A DNA stretch of 63,153 nucleotides, filler included, from Stramenopiles sp. TOSAG23-3 (lineage: Eukaryota): NCBI GenBank assembly GCA_900128585.1. It is 9 parts of 9 records of this genome, joined end to end, with 100 filler letters (N's around TTAATTAATTAA, not from the genome) between each part and the next. Parts side by side here need not be neighbours in the genome. Positions count along the whole stretch, not along the records: positions 1 to 9,627 come from LT642898.1; 8 more parts are not named here. One strand, written 5' to 3'. How positions within the stretch are numbered: the stretch's first letter is position 1; every line of letters starts with the position of its first letter. The notes beneath the pieces are model-generated. The model was not told the origin of the DNA. It was given only the letters and a program-made list of their open reading frames with translations, and searched no databases. This document shows, piece by piece, positions 1 through 8,291 of the stretch. Position numbers and translations under genes: made by a program.

Positions 1-280
1 TAATTTATTTTTCCATTGTACATGGTATTACCAACCACCAAAAACTAAAAGCCTTTTTTTTTAATTAGAATAATACGTACGTAGACGACTAATCGTCTAA
101 CAAAACAACAATGACACAGCATCCTTAGTGGTTTCGATGGATTTTGAGGGGTATTTTAACCATTATATGTTACAGGCCTGCTAAAAATATCCGATGCTAT
201 GATGCTGTATATTTATGTTGAAAAAAGCATCCTTATTCCAGATTTTTTCATCTTTGATTGTTTATTTATATAGGCAAAAA

Positions 281-700
281 CGTTCTCGTCAGTACTATTT
301 TTTCGTATTAGTAATTAGTTGAAATTTATTAATTTCCGATTCGATGTTTAAAAGTTTAATTGATATATACCCCCTAGATGCTGTACCTATGTATGAGACA
401 GCGGTTTATTTTGTTCGGGATATGTATGATATCTAGATGTTATGTTGATGTGGCCCGATGTCGGGCTAGCTCTGGGGGATTGCGGATTCGTTTTATTTGT
501 ATATATATACGTTCTCGTCGGTACTACCTTGGTAATATTTCGATTAATTTCCGATTCGATGTTTGTATAGTATATACCTTCTAGATGCTAAATCAATGTA
601 AAAAAAACGATAGGTTTCGCATAATTATACGTATGGTATCTCTATATTAGCGAAAAAAGTGGCCCGACCGATGCCGATGGCCCGAGCTGATGCCTGTACG
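281..700. repeat. Imperfect tandem duplication (~210-230 bp unit) upstream of the SSB gene
   Basis: Paired blocks in the same order: CGTTCTCGTCrGTACTA (281/510), TTAATTTCCGATTCGATGTTT (~328/~545), TATATACCyyCTAGATGCT (~364/~571), GTGGCCCGA (~450/~659). Confidence 0.8.
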
Positions 701-729
701 ATCGTTCGAAAAAAAAGTTCTCACGAAAA

Positions 730-800
730 AACATTTAAATAAAAAGCAAAATAACATTTAAATAAAAAAGCAAAAAAACATTTAAACAAAAAGCAAAATG
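730..800 (+). repeat. Three tandem ~24-bp AACATTTAAAyAAAAAGCAAAA repeats ending at the SSB start codon; possible promoter or 5' UTR element
   Basis: Copies at about 730, 753 and 778; the last runs into the ATG at 798. Confidence 0.85.
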
Positions 801-1397
801 AAAAGAAACATTCAAGAAGTTAACAACGCAGAACAATCACCGGCCAAGAAATCCCACGAGCGGGAATTAATCCCGTTTGTGCATTTTCTTAAAAGAGGAA
901 AACCACAACGATACGAAGTCCGGGTAAAGTGCCACGCGATAACGGGTACGGTATCCAAAGCACACCTAACGCAAGGCGGTATATATGGTAACTATACTGT
1001 TACTTTAAACACCGGCACAAACAAAATCGAACGAGCATGCGACTCTGCAATGCATCTGGGATTTGAAGATAACCGCGTGTTCAAGAAAATTCCAAGAACA
1101 ACGAAGGAAAAGTTCGTTGCCGGAGCGACGCACAGTGTCCTGAAGGGGGGTATCTTTCTGAAACGGAAACTCTACTCGAAACACGGGAAGAACAGCGAAC
1201 CTTCCTTCTTCGATTCACAGGGGAAAAGAATTTACCCTAAATCCATCGGGGTCGGATCCATTGTTCAAGTTGAATGCAAATTAGAGTCATATTGCGTTCA
1301 AGGGGTTTATGGACTCCGAGGTGTACTGGAAAAGAATATCGTCGTGCACGAGTTGGTCTCGAACCCGTTGGACGATATCCCGTATATTGAAGACTGA
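798..1397 (+). CDS. Putative OB-fold single-stranded DNA-binding protein (T7 gp2.5-like/viral SSB)
   Basis: C-terminal pattern PSFFDSQGK..IGVGSIVQVECKLESYCVQGVYGLRGVL resembles phage and large-DNA-virus SSBs. Acidic-aromatic tail DDIPYIED. Lies near a replicative polymerase-helicase. Confidence 0.65.
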   Translation: MKRNIQEVNNAEQSPAKKSHERELIPFVHFLKRGKPQRYEVRVKCHAITGTVSKAHLTQGGIYGNYTVTLNTGTNKIERACDSAMHLGFEDNRVFKKIPRTTKEKFVAGATHSVLKGGIFLKRKLYSKHGKNSEPSFFDSQGKRIYPKSIGVGSIVQVECKLESYCVQGVYGLRGVLEKNIVVHELVSNPLDDIPYIED

Positions 1398-1532
1398 TAC
1401 CAAAAATGCGTAATATGTTTTTAATTTTAATAAAATATAAGTAAAAATGAGAGCGGTGTAAATCTTTTCTGAAACGAGAAACTAATCGCAAGTTTATAGA
1501 AAAAAAAGAAACTTTTCATTCTTTTAATCAGG

Positions 1533-1665
1533 CAAAAGTGGAAAAAGTGGAAAAAGTGGAAAATCGGGAGAAATCCGGAGTACGCCAATTTTTAAAAAAT
1601 AATTTTATTAAAGTTTTTTCTCAGCTTTTCTTCTGATTTCCACTTTTTCCACTTTTTCCACTTTG
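1533..1665. terminator. Long hairpin element, copy 1: (AAAAAGTGG)x3 ... (CCACTTTTT)x3
   Basis: Near-perfect ~29-bp inverted arms, extended inward by G-U-compatible pairing. Lies between the SSB stop (+) and a convergent stop at 1830 (-). The terminator role is inferred. Confidence 0.6.
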
Positions 1666-1829
1666 ATCTCTAAGACGATGATAAATTGGAATAAAAATAC
1701 TAATCATAATGGTTGGCCTTCTTCTGGAAGAAAATTTGTGTGTAGTTTAATATGATATGAAATATAACATTAAGGTTTAGATTCTGAAGTATTGCCTCTG
1801 GGCTGGAAAGCCTGAGTTAGAACTAAGAA

Positions 1830-2073
1830 TTAGATTCCAAGGCACCATATCGAAGATACTAACACTCCGTAAAGGTAAATTTCTGGCCCTGAACGACTGG
1901 CAGCGCTCAATTCATTCGGTGAGGCAGTGGTCGAAGAGCTTCCTTCCGGGGAGGGTGAGCTTCCTACCGGGGATGGGCTATCACCAGATGGCGAAGGGCT
2001 ATCACCAGATGGGGACGGGCTTCCTGCGGGCGATGGCGAACTTCCTGCTGGCGACGGTGAATCTGCCGGCGAT
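1830..2073 (-). pseudogene. 3' part of an S/P-rich mucin-like surface protein with a hydrophobic C-terminus (possible GPI signal); 5' part displaced
   Basis: Minus strand reads SPADSPSPAGSSPSPAG...SSSTTASPNELSAASRSGPEIYLYGVLVSSIWCLGI-stop. Confidence 0.6.
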
Positions 2074-2313
2074 ACCGATCGTACCTGCGAAGCATGCCCG
2101 ACCGGGCAATTTTCTACCGCGTCCAACCAGAACACCTGCACGAATTGGACGACGTGCAACGCTACCACCGAAGTGGAAAGCAGCGGAGGTTCTACTACAG
2201 CAGATAGAGTATGTGCGGCCGCGGAAAGTCCGTCACCATCGGATAATAGCCCGTCGCCAGCAGGAAGTTCGCCATCGCCGGCAGATTCACCGTCGCCAGC
2301 AGGAAGTTCGCCA
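2074..2313 (+). pseudogene. Cys-rich TNFR/ephrin-receptor-like (GCC2_GCC3-type) repeat plus S/P linker, inverted relative to its C-terminal part
   Basis: Reads TDRTCEACPTGQFSTASNQNTCTNWTTCNATTEVESSGGSTTADRVC then SPSP repeats. No in-frame ATG. 2034-2073 and 2274-2313 form a perfect 40-bp inverted repeat. Confidence 0.7.
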
Positions 2314-2370
2314 CGCTGAAAGGAACGTTTTGATACGTACGCCGGAACTTTCGAACACTGAAACTAGAAA

Positions 2371-2900
2371 ACTTAAAGAACTGTCAGCGGCTGGTCTTAG
2401 AGCTGCGTGGGAGAGGGTTCTGTTGCAACGAACTCGAACAGCTACGCGAAAGTTTCTATAAAGCTGTAGGTAAACGGTTGTTCTGCAAAAGTTTCTATAA
2501 AATTGTAGGTAAACGGCGAGAAGACTTAAAGAATTGTCAGCGGCTTCGGTTGCAACAAACTCGAACAGGTAAAATTCACGGTCGGTTATGCGAAAGCTAC
2601 TGGCAAACTTAAAGAACTGTTAACGGCTGGTCTTAGAGCTGCTATGTGATACAAAGTCCGGTAAAGCGTTCTGTTGCAACGAACTTGTCTTGCGTAAACT
2701 TCAAGGTCGGTTATGCGAAAGCTACTAGCAACTTAAAGAACTGCCAGCGGCTTCGGTTGCAACGAACTCGAACAGCTACGCGAAAGTTTTTTATAAAACT
2801 GTAGGTAAACGGTGTTCTGCGAAAGTTTCTATAAAACTGGAACGGTGTTCTGCGAAAGTTTCTAAAATACTGTAGGTAAACGGCGTTATGCGAAAGCTCT
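2371..2900. repeat. Modular non-coding repeat array of four units built from shared modules
   Basis: ACTTAAAGAAyTG starts at 2371, 2524, 2607 and 2731. GTTGCAAC occurs 4 times, GCrAAAG 8 times and TGTAGGTAAACGG 4 times. Confidence 0.9.
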
Positions 2901-3070
2901 GCGTTTCCGTTTTGAAGAACTATTCTTTCATGGGCTTTGAAATGATAACGGGACTGCTAGCCCGAAATGGATCTTGCGTGCAAGTTCAAAAATTAAAAAA
3001 AGTTGTGTATTGCTGTGCATACTATACTTCATCGTATTCTAAGAAAACTTTCCTATCTAAAACCGATAGA

Positions 3071-3190
3071 AGTGGCCCGATAGGGGCCCGATAGGCCCGA
3101 CAAAGCCCGATAGCCTTACTCTCTGCGCCTCCGTAACGACAAATCTAATTTACAATAAAAACAATCCTTTGTTCTTTTCGAGTATATAAG
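3071..3190 (+). promoter_or_regulatory. Four phased GCCCGA motifs plus a TATA-like GTATATAAG upstream of the polymerase-helicase
   Basis: GCCCGA ends at 3080, 3091, 3100 and 3110. TATATAA at about 3183-3189; ATG at 3212. Confidence 0.5.
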
Positions 3191-3211
3191 TCACCCAAAT
3201 ATTAGAAAACA

Positions 3212-5872
3212 ATGAACAAACGTCCGAACGAAAACACCCAAGTACAAAACAATGAAAACAGAAAGAGATTAAAGTCTTTACTGGTAGAGTCTCTTACGAC
3301 TCCAAAAAAACCTTCTATCTTTGAAGGCGGTACCTATACCGAAGACCTCGACCTTGACCGACTCGATACTCTCCTGAAGTCAGACGTACTGAAGCGGAAA
3401 GGTTCACCGAACACAGGAGAGGTTTCGTATCTGCGCGAGTTATTCAATTTGACAGACGAAGTGATCCAATTGTCCAAACTCCGGGATACGCATGGTCGGG
3501 TAATCTACAAGAGTTCACCCACGGGGTACGGCAGAGTCTTTGCCAACAAGGGGTTGTCTATCGCCCTACTCCGAAAAAGGGTACGTCACACTCTGTGCCA
3601 AGGCAAATACGTGGACTGGGATATGGTGAACGCGCACCCAGTGATTCTTTGCCAGTTATTGCGACGCCAGTTCCCAGACAATCCGGAATACTGGATGTAC
3701 CAACAAAAATATTGGGATGACCGAGAGATATATATCAAAGAAGTCGTCGATACGCACGGCGTTCCCAGAGGGGACGCGAAACAACTGTTTATCACTCTTA
3801 TCAACGAAGGTTCGTACACTGGTTGGAAAGCCCAAGCCCAGCACATACCTTGTTGTGGCGGTAAAAAGAAAAAAGAATGCAACAAAAAGTACGACAAGAA
3901 AGATCCATCACTGGGTGACAAAGTCGCTCTTTCGTTCGTCCAAAACTACGAACAAGAGATAAAGCGGGTTATCCCTTTGATTACCAGAGAAAACCCAGAC
4001 TTGGTGGAAGCCGTGAAAAAAGAGAAAGAAAAAAACCGGACCAAGTTTAAAGGGGGTCAGGTGATGAGCGTCTTCCTCGGCAACTACGAGAGAATTATTC
4101 TGGAGACGGTGATCAAATACTTTCAATCGAGAGGTTTTATTGAAGGAAATAACTGCGTTCAGGCATTCGATGGTTTCATGTCACCGATCGACCTAGTGAA
4201 CCAAGATGATGTTCCTCAGATCTTGGTTGGCATACAAGAGCACGTAGAATCGGTTACTGGGTTCAAGATCGAGTGGGATACGAAGGCCTTTGACCAAGCG
4301 TATACCGAGGAGGAACTGGAACCTTTTGAATTCGAGTGCACAAACACATGGTCGAAAGACTATATGAATTCATTGGAGGGGTATGAACGAAAAAAGAATT
4401 ATTTTGAATTGTTCTTTACCAAGATCGAAAAACCCACTCCACGAATCGTGCGTGCCGATAAATCGTACAAGAAGGACGAAGACGGAAACATTAACTGTTT
4501 TATGACTTTTACCGAACTGGGTTCCGTGAAAGGTTTACTGTCGAATGTTACGTCTGGGAATGCCAAAAAAGGCCCTGTTTCCTTTGAGTCTGAGTGGGTG
4601 TCGGATCCAATCATGAATACAGCCCACCGCCTTGGTAATTTCCCCTACAACGGGACATACGACGAATCGAAACGATTTATGAAAATCGGGGAAGAAGTCA
4701 TCTTGAATGTCTTTCAAGGGTACTCCAACTTGATTCGAACTCCGTTTGACAACAGGGATCAACTGATTGCCCCATGGATTGCCTTGACAAGAGCATTGTG
4801 TGAAGGCGATAATCCGGACACTGAATTACGAGAAAAATGTTTTAAATTTCACCGGAACGTATTGGCCAAGAAAATACAAAATCCTACTTCGAAAATAGGA
4901 TTTCTCGTTATACTCGAAGGGAAGACAAGAACTGGAAAAAACGTTCACATGAAGCCTATTGGCACACTACTCGGAGAGGAACAATATATGATTACCAGCA
5001 AATTGGGTGATGTTGTAGGGGAACACGCCACCTTGTGGGTTGGTAAATTACTCGTCGTTATTAACGAATGCCAAATGAAAAAGAAGGACGAAGATGCCGA
5101 TGGTATTCTCAAATCGCACATCACCGATATTGAGCAAACGGTGAATCCGAAAGGCAAAACAATGTATAGGATTGAGGATTATGCCCAGTATTGTGCATTT
5201 ACGAACAAAGAAAACCCTGTACCTATGGATGTGAACAGCGGGGATGGTAAGATTGTTTCCTTCCATTGTGGGGAAGAGTTTCGTAGTCGAACCGGAAAAT
5301 TCTGGGGTGGAATGGTGAAACATTTCGAGCGCCCAGACTTTATTGCAGCCCTTTACGACTACCTGAATTCCGTAGACTTAACTGGGTACGACTTTAAAGT
5401 GGAGCGTCAGCACATATTAACCGACAGTTACCGGCGTCTGGTTGAAGCGAACATCCCCTTTGTCGCACGGTCCTTGGTCTATTTGTTGAGGAGAATGTTG
5501 ACAGAGAGTTGCGAAGTTGATGGATATGGGGATATTATCTTCTTTCAGCCTTTTGACGCACCAAAACGTTCTCCATCTGGGGATGTAAAAGTCAAACGTT
5601 CCGATATGTTCCGCGAGTATTTGGAATACGCAGAGAAGATGAAGAAGAAATTCCCACATGGAGCGCATTCGTACTACAAACAGTTGCGCGAGTTGAAACT
5701 GGATATCACCGACACTACAGTGAACAACTGCAAGGGGTTTGGGTTCAACTTGCAGGAGTTGTATCAGGAGTGCATACAGCGTGGGTACGAAAATGGGGAT
5801 TTTGCCGTGGAAGGATTCCAGAGACAGGACGACATGGTGGATACTCGTGAGTTTAATGTAAATGAATTTTAA
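3212..5872 (+). CDS. TVpol-like (divergent family A) DNA polymerase/primase fused to an SF3/D5-like helicase, 886 aa
   Basis: PolA-like motifs: GYGRVF, motif A YVDWDMVNAHPVIL, motif B RGDAKQLFITLINEG, motif C CVQAFDGFM. Helicase motifs: Walker A LEGKTRTGKN, Walker B LLVVINE, LKSHIT..VNPKG, motif C FTN. C-terminal winged-helix-like segment. Confidence 0.85.
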   Translation: MNKRPNENTQVQNNENRKRLKSLLVESLTTPKKPSIFEGGTYTEDLDLDRLDTLLKSDVLKRKGSPNTGEVSYLRELFNLTDEVIQLSKLRDTHGRVIYKSSPTGYGRVFANKGLSIALLRKRVRHTLCQGKYVDWDMVNAHPVILCQLLRRQFPDNPEYWMYQQKYWDDREIYIKEVVDTHGVPRGDAKQLFITLINEGSYTGWKAQAQHIPCCGGKKKKECNKKYDKKDPSLGDKVALSFVQNYEQEIKRVIPLITRENPDLVEAVKKEKEKNRTKFKGGQVMSVFLGNYERIILETVIKYFQSRGFIEGNNCVQAFDGFMSPIDLVNQDDVPQILVGIQEHVESVTGFKIEWDTKAFDQAYTEEELEPFEFECTNTWSKDYMNSLEGYERKKNYFELFFTKIEKPTPRIVRADKSYKKDEDGNINCFMTFTELGSVKGLLSNVTSGNAKKGPVSFESEWVSDPIMNTAHRLGNFPYNGTYDESKRFMKIGEEVILNVFQGYSNLIRTPFDNRDQLIAPWIALTRALCEGDNPDTELREKCFKFHRNVLAKKIQNPTSKIGFLVILEGKTRTGKNVHMKPIGTLLGEEQYMITSKLGDVVGEHATLWVGKLLVVINECQMKKKDEDADGILKSHITDIEQTVNPKGKTMYRIEDYAQYCAFTNKENPVPMDVNSGDGKIVSFHCGEEFRSRTGKFWGGMVKHFERPDFIAALYDYLNSVDLTGYDFKVERQHILTDSYRRLVEANIPFVARSLVYLLRRMLTESCEVDGYGDIIFFQPFDAPKRSPSGDVKVKRSDMFREYLEYAEKMKKKFPHGAHSYYKQLRELKLDITDTTVNNCKGFGFNLQELYQECIQRGYENGDFAVEGFQRQDDMVDTREFNVNEF

Positions 5873-5890
5873 TAAAAAAATATTTATACG

Positions 5891-6020
5891 AAAGTGGAAA
5901 AAGTGGAAAAAGTGGAAAATTGGGGGAAATCCGGAGTACCCCGAAATATTTTTATAATTTTTTTTTTATTTTCTTCTCAACTTTTCTTCTGATTTCCACT
6001 TTTTCCACTTTTTCCACTTT
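5891..6020. terminator. Long hairpin element, copy 2
   Basis: Same arms and same internal GAAATCCGGAGTAC as 1533-1665. Lies between the polymerase stop (5872, +) and a convergent stop (6106, -). Confidence 0.6.
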
Positions 6021-6105
6021 TTGGACTTTTCATATTGAAAAGATATATCCAGAATGGGCAAAACCCTTCCAGCACTGGAAAAAGGTATGTAAAACAATAA
6101 TATAA

Positions 6106-6420
6106 TCAATGTACTAGTCTGTATTTAAAATACGCTCCTCCCTCACCAACTTCTTTATCGTACAATATGGAAACTTTGTGACGCTTTAACACCCTGCGCA
6201 GAAGGGTCATAAAGGCCCTAGGTGAATTTATCCCTTCTCGAATACGCTTTCTGACATCGTTCTTGTAGGTTTGTTCGATCCGGGTCAACATATCCTTGTC
6301 GAAATGTTGTAAGGCAACTTCAATATCTTTTTTGGTTACAACTGAATTGGAATCCTTTATGGAAGACCATCCCACAGTTTGAACGATCGTGTTTGCCAAG
6401 TCCGGCTTCAATTGCTTCAT
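6106..6420 (-). CDS. Small basic hypothetical protein, viral-like (possible winged-helix DNA-binding fold)
   Basis: ATG at 6420 with a TATAAA upstream. Contains AFMTLLRRVLKRH..ILYDKE..YFKYRL. Confidence 0.6.
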   Translation of the reverse strand: MKQLKPDLANTIVQTVGWSSIKDSNSVVTKKDIEVALQHFDKDMLTRIEQTYKNDVRKRIREGINSPRAFMTLLRRVLKRHKVSILYDKEVGEGGAYFKYRLVH

Positions 6421-6636
6421 GTTGAATACCACCCGACAAGTATTTATACTTCCAATTTGGTGATTGTAGGCGAAAACAATCTTTTGTCCGTATAAATACC
6501 AACTTTTGTATCACATATGCGGTACGTCATCCCCCATTCAGCATTATGGATTTCATCTCGACAGGGCAAATGGAAAACCAATACCTAGACATAGGGTCCA
6601 TCCGGATTACCTTTAGTACAAGTGGCCCGACATGAA

Positions 6637-6879
6637 TTACCCTTCCAGCAAGAGACGTTTGAACTTAGGTTTACCCATCCGAATGGCCATCTCCAACGCT
6701 GTTTCTCCCAATGAATTCTTAATCGTCGTGTCATACCCACGCTCTATTAATAGCTTGCAGACCTCCAACTCGTCTCTGATTACGGTAGCATGCAACCAAG
6801 TTAATCCTAGGGCATCCCTTTGCTCTAGCTCTGAGAGTGGGAATGAGCTTAACAAATATCGCGCGTACTCCATATACAC
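6637..6879 (-). CDS. Small ankyrin-repeat protein
   Basis: GLTWLHATVIRDELEVCKLLIERGYDTTIKNSLGETALEMA matches the ankyrin consensus. Confidence 0.85.
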   Translation of the reverse strand: MYMEYARYLLSSFPLSELEQRDALGLTWLHATVIRDELEVCKLLIERGYDTTIKNSLGETALEMAIRMGKPKFKRLLLEG

Positions 6880-6886
6880 TTTGTAT

Positions 6887-7090
6887 TTAGCCTATTATAC
6901 CGTTATTATTCTCTATGGTATCCTTTAACCCCTTTGTTAGCTTTATTCCTTTGTATCGAAAGACTAGGCTGAACGATTCATTGTTATCTCGTTTCCACGT
7001 CTTTCCCACCAAGCCATGTTGTAAAGGTTCTAGAATAGACTCCATCGTTGACACGGACAGATCATTGCAATTGAATACAATGGTGGTCAT
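6887..7090 (-). CDS. Small hypothetical protein, paralog family member 1
   Basis: Aligns by eye with 8042-8266 and 8292-8528. Confidence 0.6.
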   Translation of the reverse strand: MTTIVFNCNDLSVSTMESILEPLQHGLVGKTWKRDNNESFSLVFRYKGIKLTKGLKDTIENNNGIIG

Positions 7091-7128
7091 TTTACATAAT
7101 GTATAAATACATATATATGTAATATTAA

Positions 7129-7555
7129 ATGACTACTCTTGATCTCGACAAGAAAGAATGTGTGCTATGCCAGATCGTACCTAAATGATTTTCTTTCGAA
7201 GAATCACATCTCGTTGGCTCGAAAGGTGTCCGAGGATCAGCTGTACATAACCATGGCCAACTTACTGAAGACCAACAAGGCCCTACTGGAAGGTCAGCAC
7301 GGTATCGATATTCCGAGCATAACAGCCGAACAGTTAAACGTCCATTTCACCAAACACGAAATATCGATGGTAACTGTGATAATGAACGATCTACGGAATG
7401 TTAGGAGCCTTCAAAATGCTATTATATCGCAAAAACAAACGCCCTCCACGATCAATTCTTATTTGCGATTGTCGAGACAAGCTATCTCTTTGATGAACAA
7501 ACTCGATAAGATAGACACCTTTAAAAGCGTAACACCTATATATAAATTCGATTAG
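7129..7555 (+). CDS. Hypothetical protein with CxxC...HxxxH putative Zn site; apparent +1 frameshift near 7183-7185
   Basis: ATG 7129 gives MTTLDLDKKECVLCQIVP then TGA at 7186. Removing one A joins it to the long frame (NDFLSK...LNVHFTKH), which otherwise has only a TTG start before residue 39. Confidence 0.55.
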
Positions 7556-7564
7556 TTTAACAAA

Positions 7565-7999
7565 ATGGAGAAGTGGTTGCTCCACGGCGGTGATCCTCCC
7601 AACGATCTAGTATCCCTGCTATACAAAATAGAACCGTTCGAAAACATTAGCTTTACCTTCGAAGGTGAAAAGTACAATCTGAAAGCTGATGACGTTCGCA
7701 AGAGAATCCATTCCGCGCTGTGCCCCACGTGCCTAGAATTAAGAGCGCAGTTATATATTCAGAAGAATAAACTGACTCGCCCCCTCGTTCAAGAGTTGAT
7801 AAAAACTTACATCGACAGAAATTATGTTGACACGAAAAGGAGAGTGACCTTTCGAAACGATCTGTACCAAGAGTTGGATATGTTTTTGAAATCATACCAT
7901 TACACGATAACCCGCGATTTGAGACGGTTCATAACTCATGACCTGTTAAAGGACAAGAGCACTCAGTACAGGCCCTTTAAAATCCAAAAACGGGAATGA
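7565..7999 (+). CDS. Hypothetical protein with a CPTC motif and a possible D5-C-terminal-like winged helix
   Basis: 144-aa ORF starting 10 bp after the previous stop. Contains IKTYIDRNY..FRNDLYQELDMFL. Confidence 0.6.
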   Translation: MEKWLLHGGDPPNDLVSLLYKIEPFENISFTFEGEKYNLKADDVRKRIHSALCPTCLELRAQLYIQKNKLTRPLVQELIKTYIDRNYVDTKRRVTFRNDLYQELDMFLKSYHYTITRDLRRFITHDLLKDKSTQYRPFKIQKRE

Positions 8000-8041
8000 T
8001 ACATAGACAAAAAGAGGGTAATCTATTTTGGAGAACAAGAA

Positions 8042-8266
8042 CTAATGTAGATGTTTCTTTTTTTTAAATGAACAGAGCCCATTAATTTCATTTTCAATTG
8101 GTTCTAATGTATCTTTTGGAACACCGCTATAATTTAAATCTAAAAAGATATGTTCATTATTTGTCGAGAATTCACGTTTTGAAAGATAACTTGATAATGG
8201 CTTCAATATTTTCATTGTTAAATTTGGGTTCATGATACAACAATTAATTGTGATCGACAAATCCAT
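8042..8266 (-). CDS. Small hypothetical protein, paralog family member 2
   Basis: MDL.....M..L.P.SSYL..R......Y...PK.T pattern shared with 8292-8528. Confidence 0.65.
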   Translation of the reverse strand: MDLSITINCCIMNPNLTMKILKPLSSYLSKREFSTNNEHIFLDLNYSGVPKDTLEPIENEINGLCSFKKKKHLH

Positions 8267-8291
8267 CTTGTTATATAAAAAAACACAAATA

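Noticed and set aside
1919-2461. 180-aa plus-strand ORF, and ORF 2888-3094
   Set aside because: The first is an Arg-rich shadow frame of the S/P repeats running into the array. The second has no recognisable protein features.
2371-2900. CRISPR array
   Set aside because: There is no constant repeat alternating with unique, equal-length spacers. Most inter-repeat DNA is itself repeated, and no cas genes are present.
5920-6105. 61-aa Phe-rich ORF
   Set aside because: It is a translation of hairpin copy 2 and its T-rich loop.
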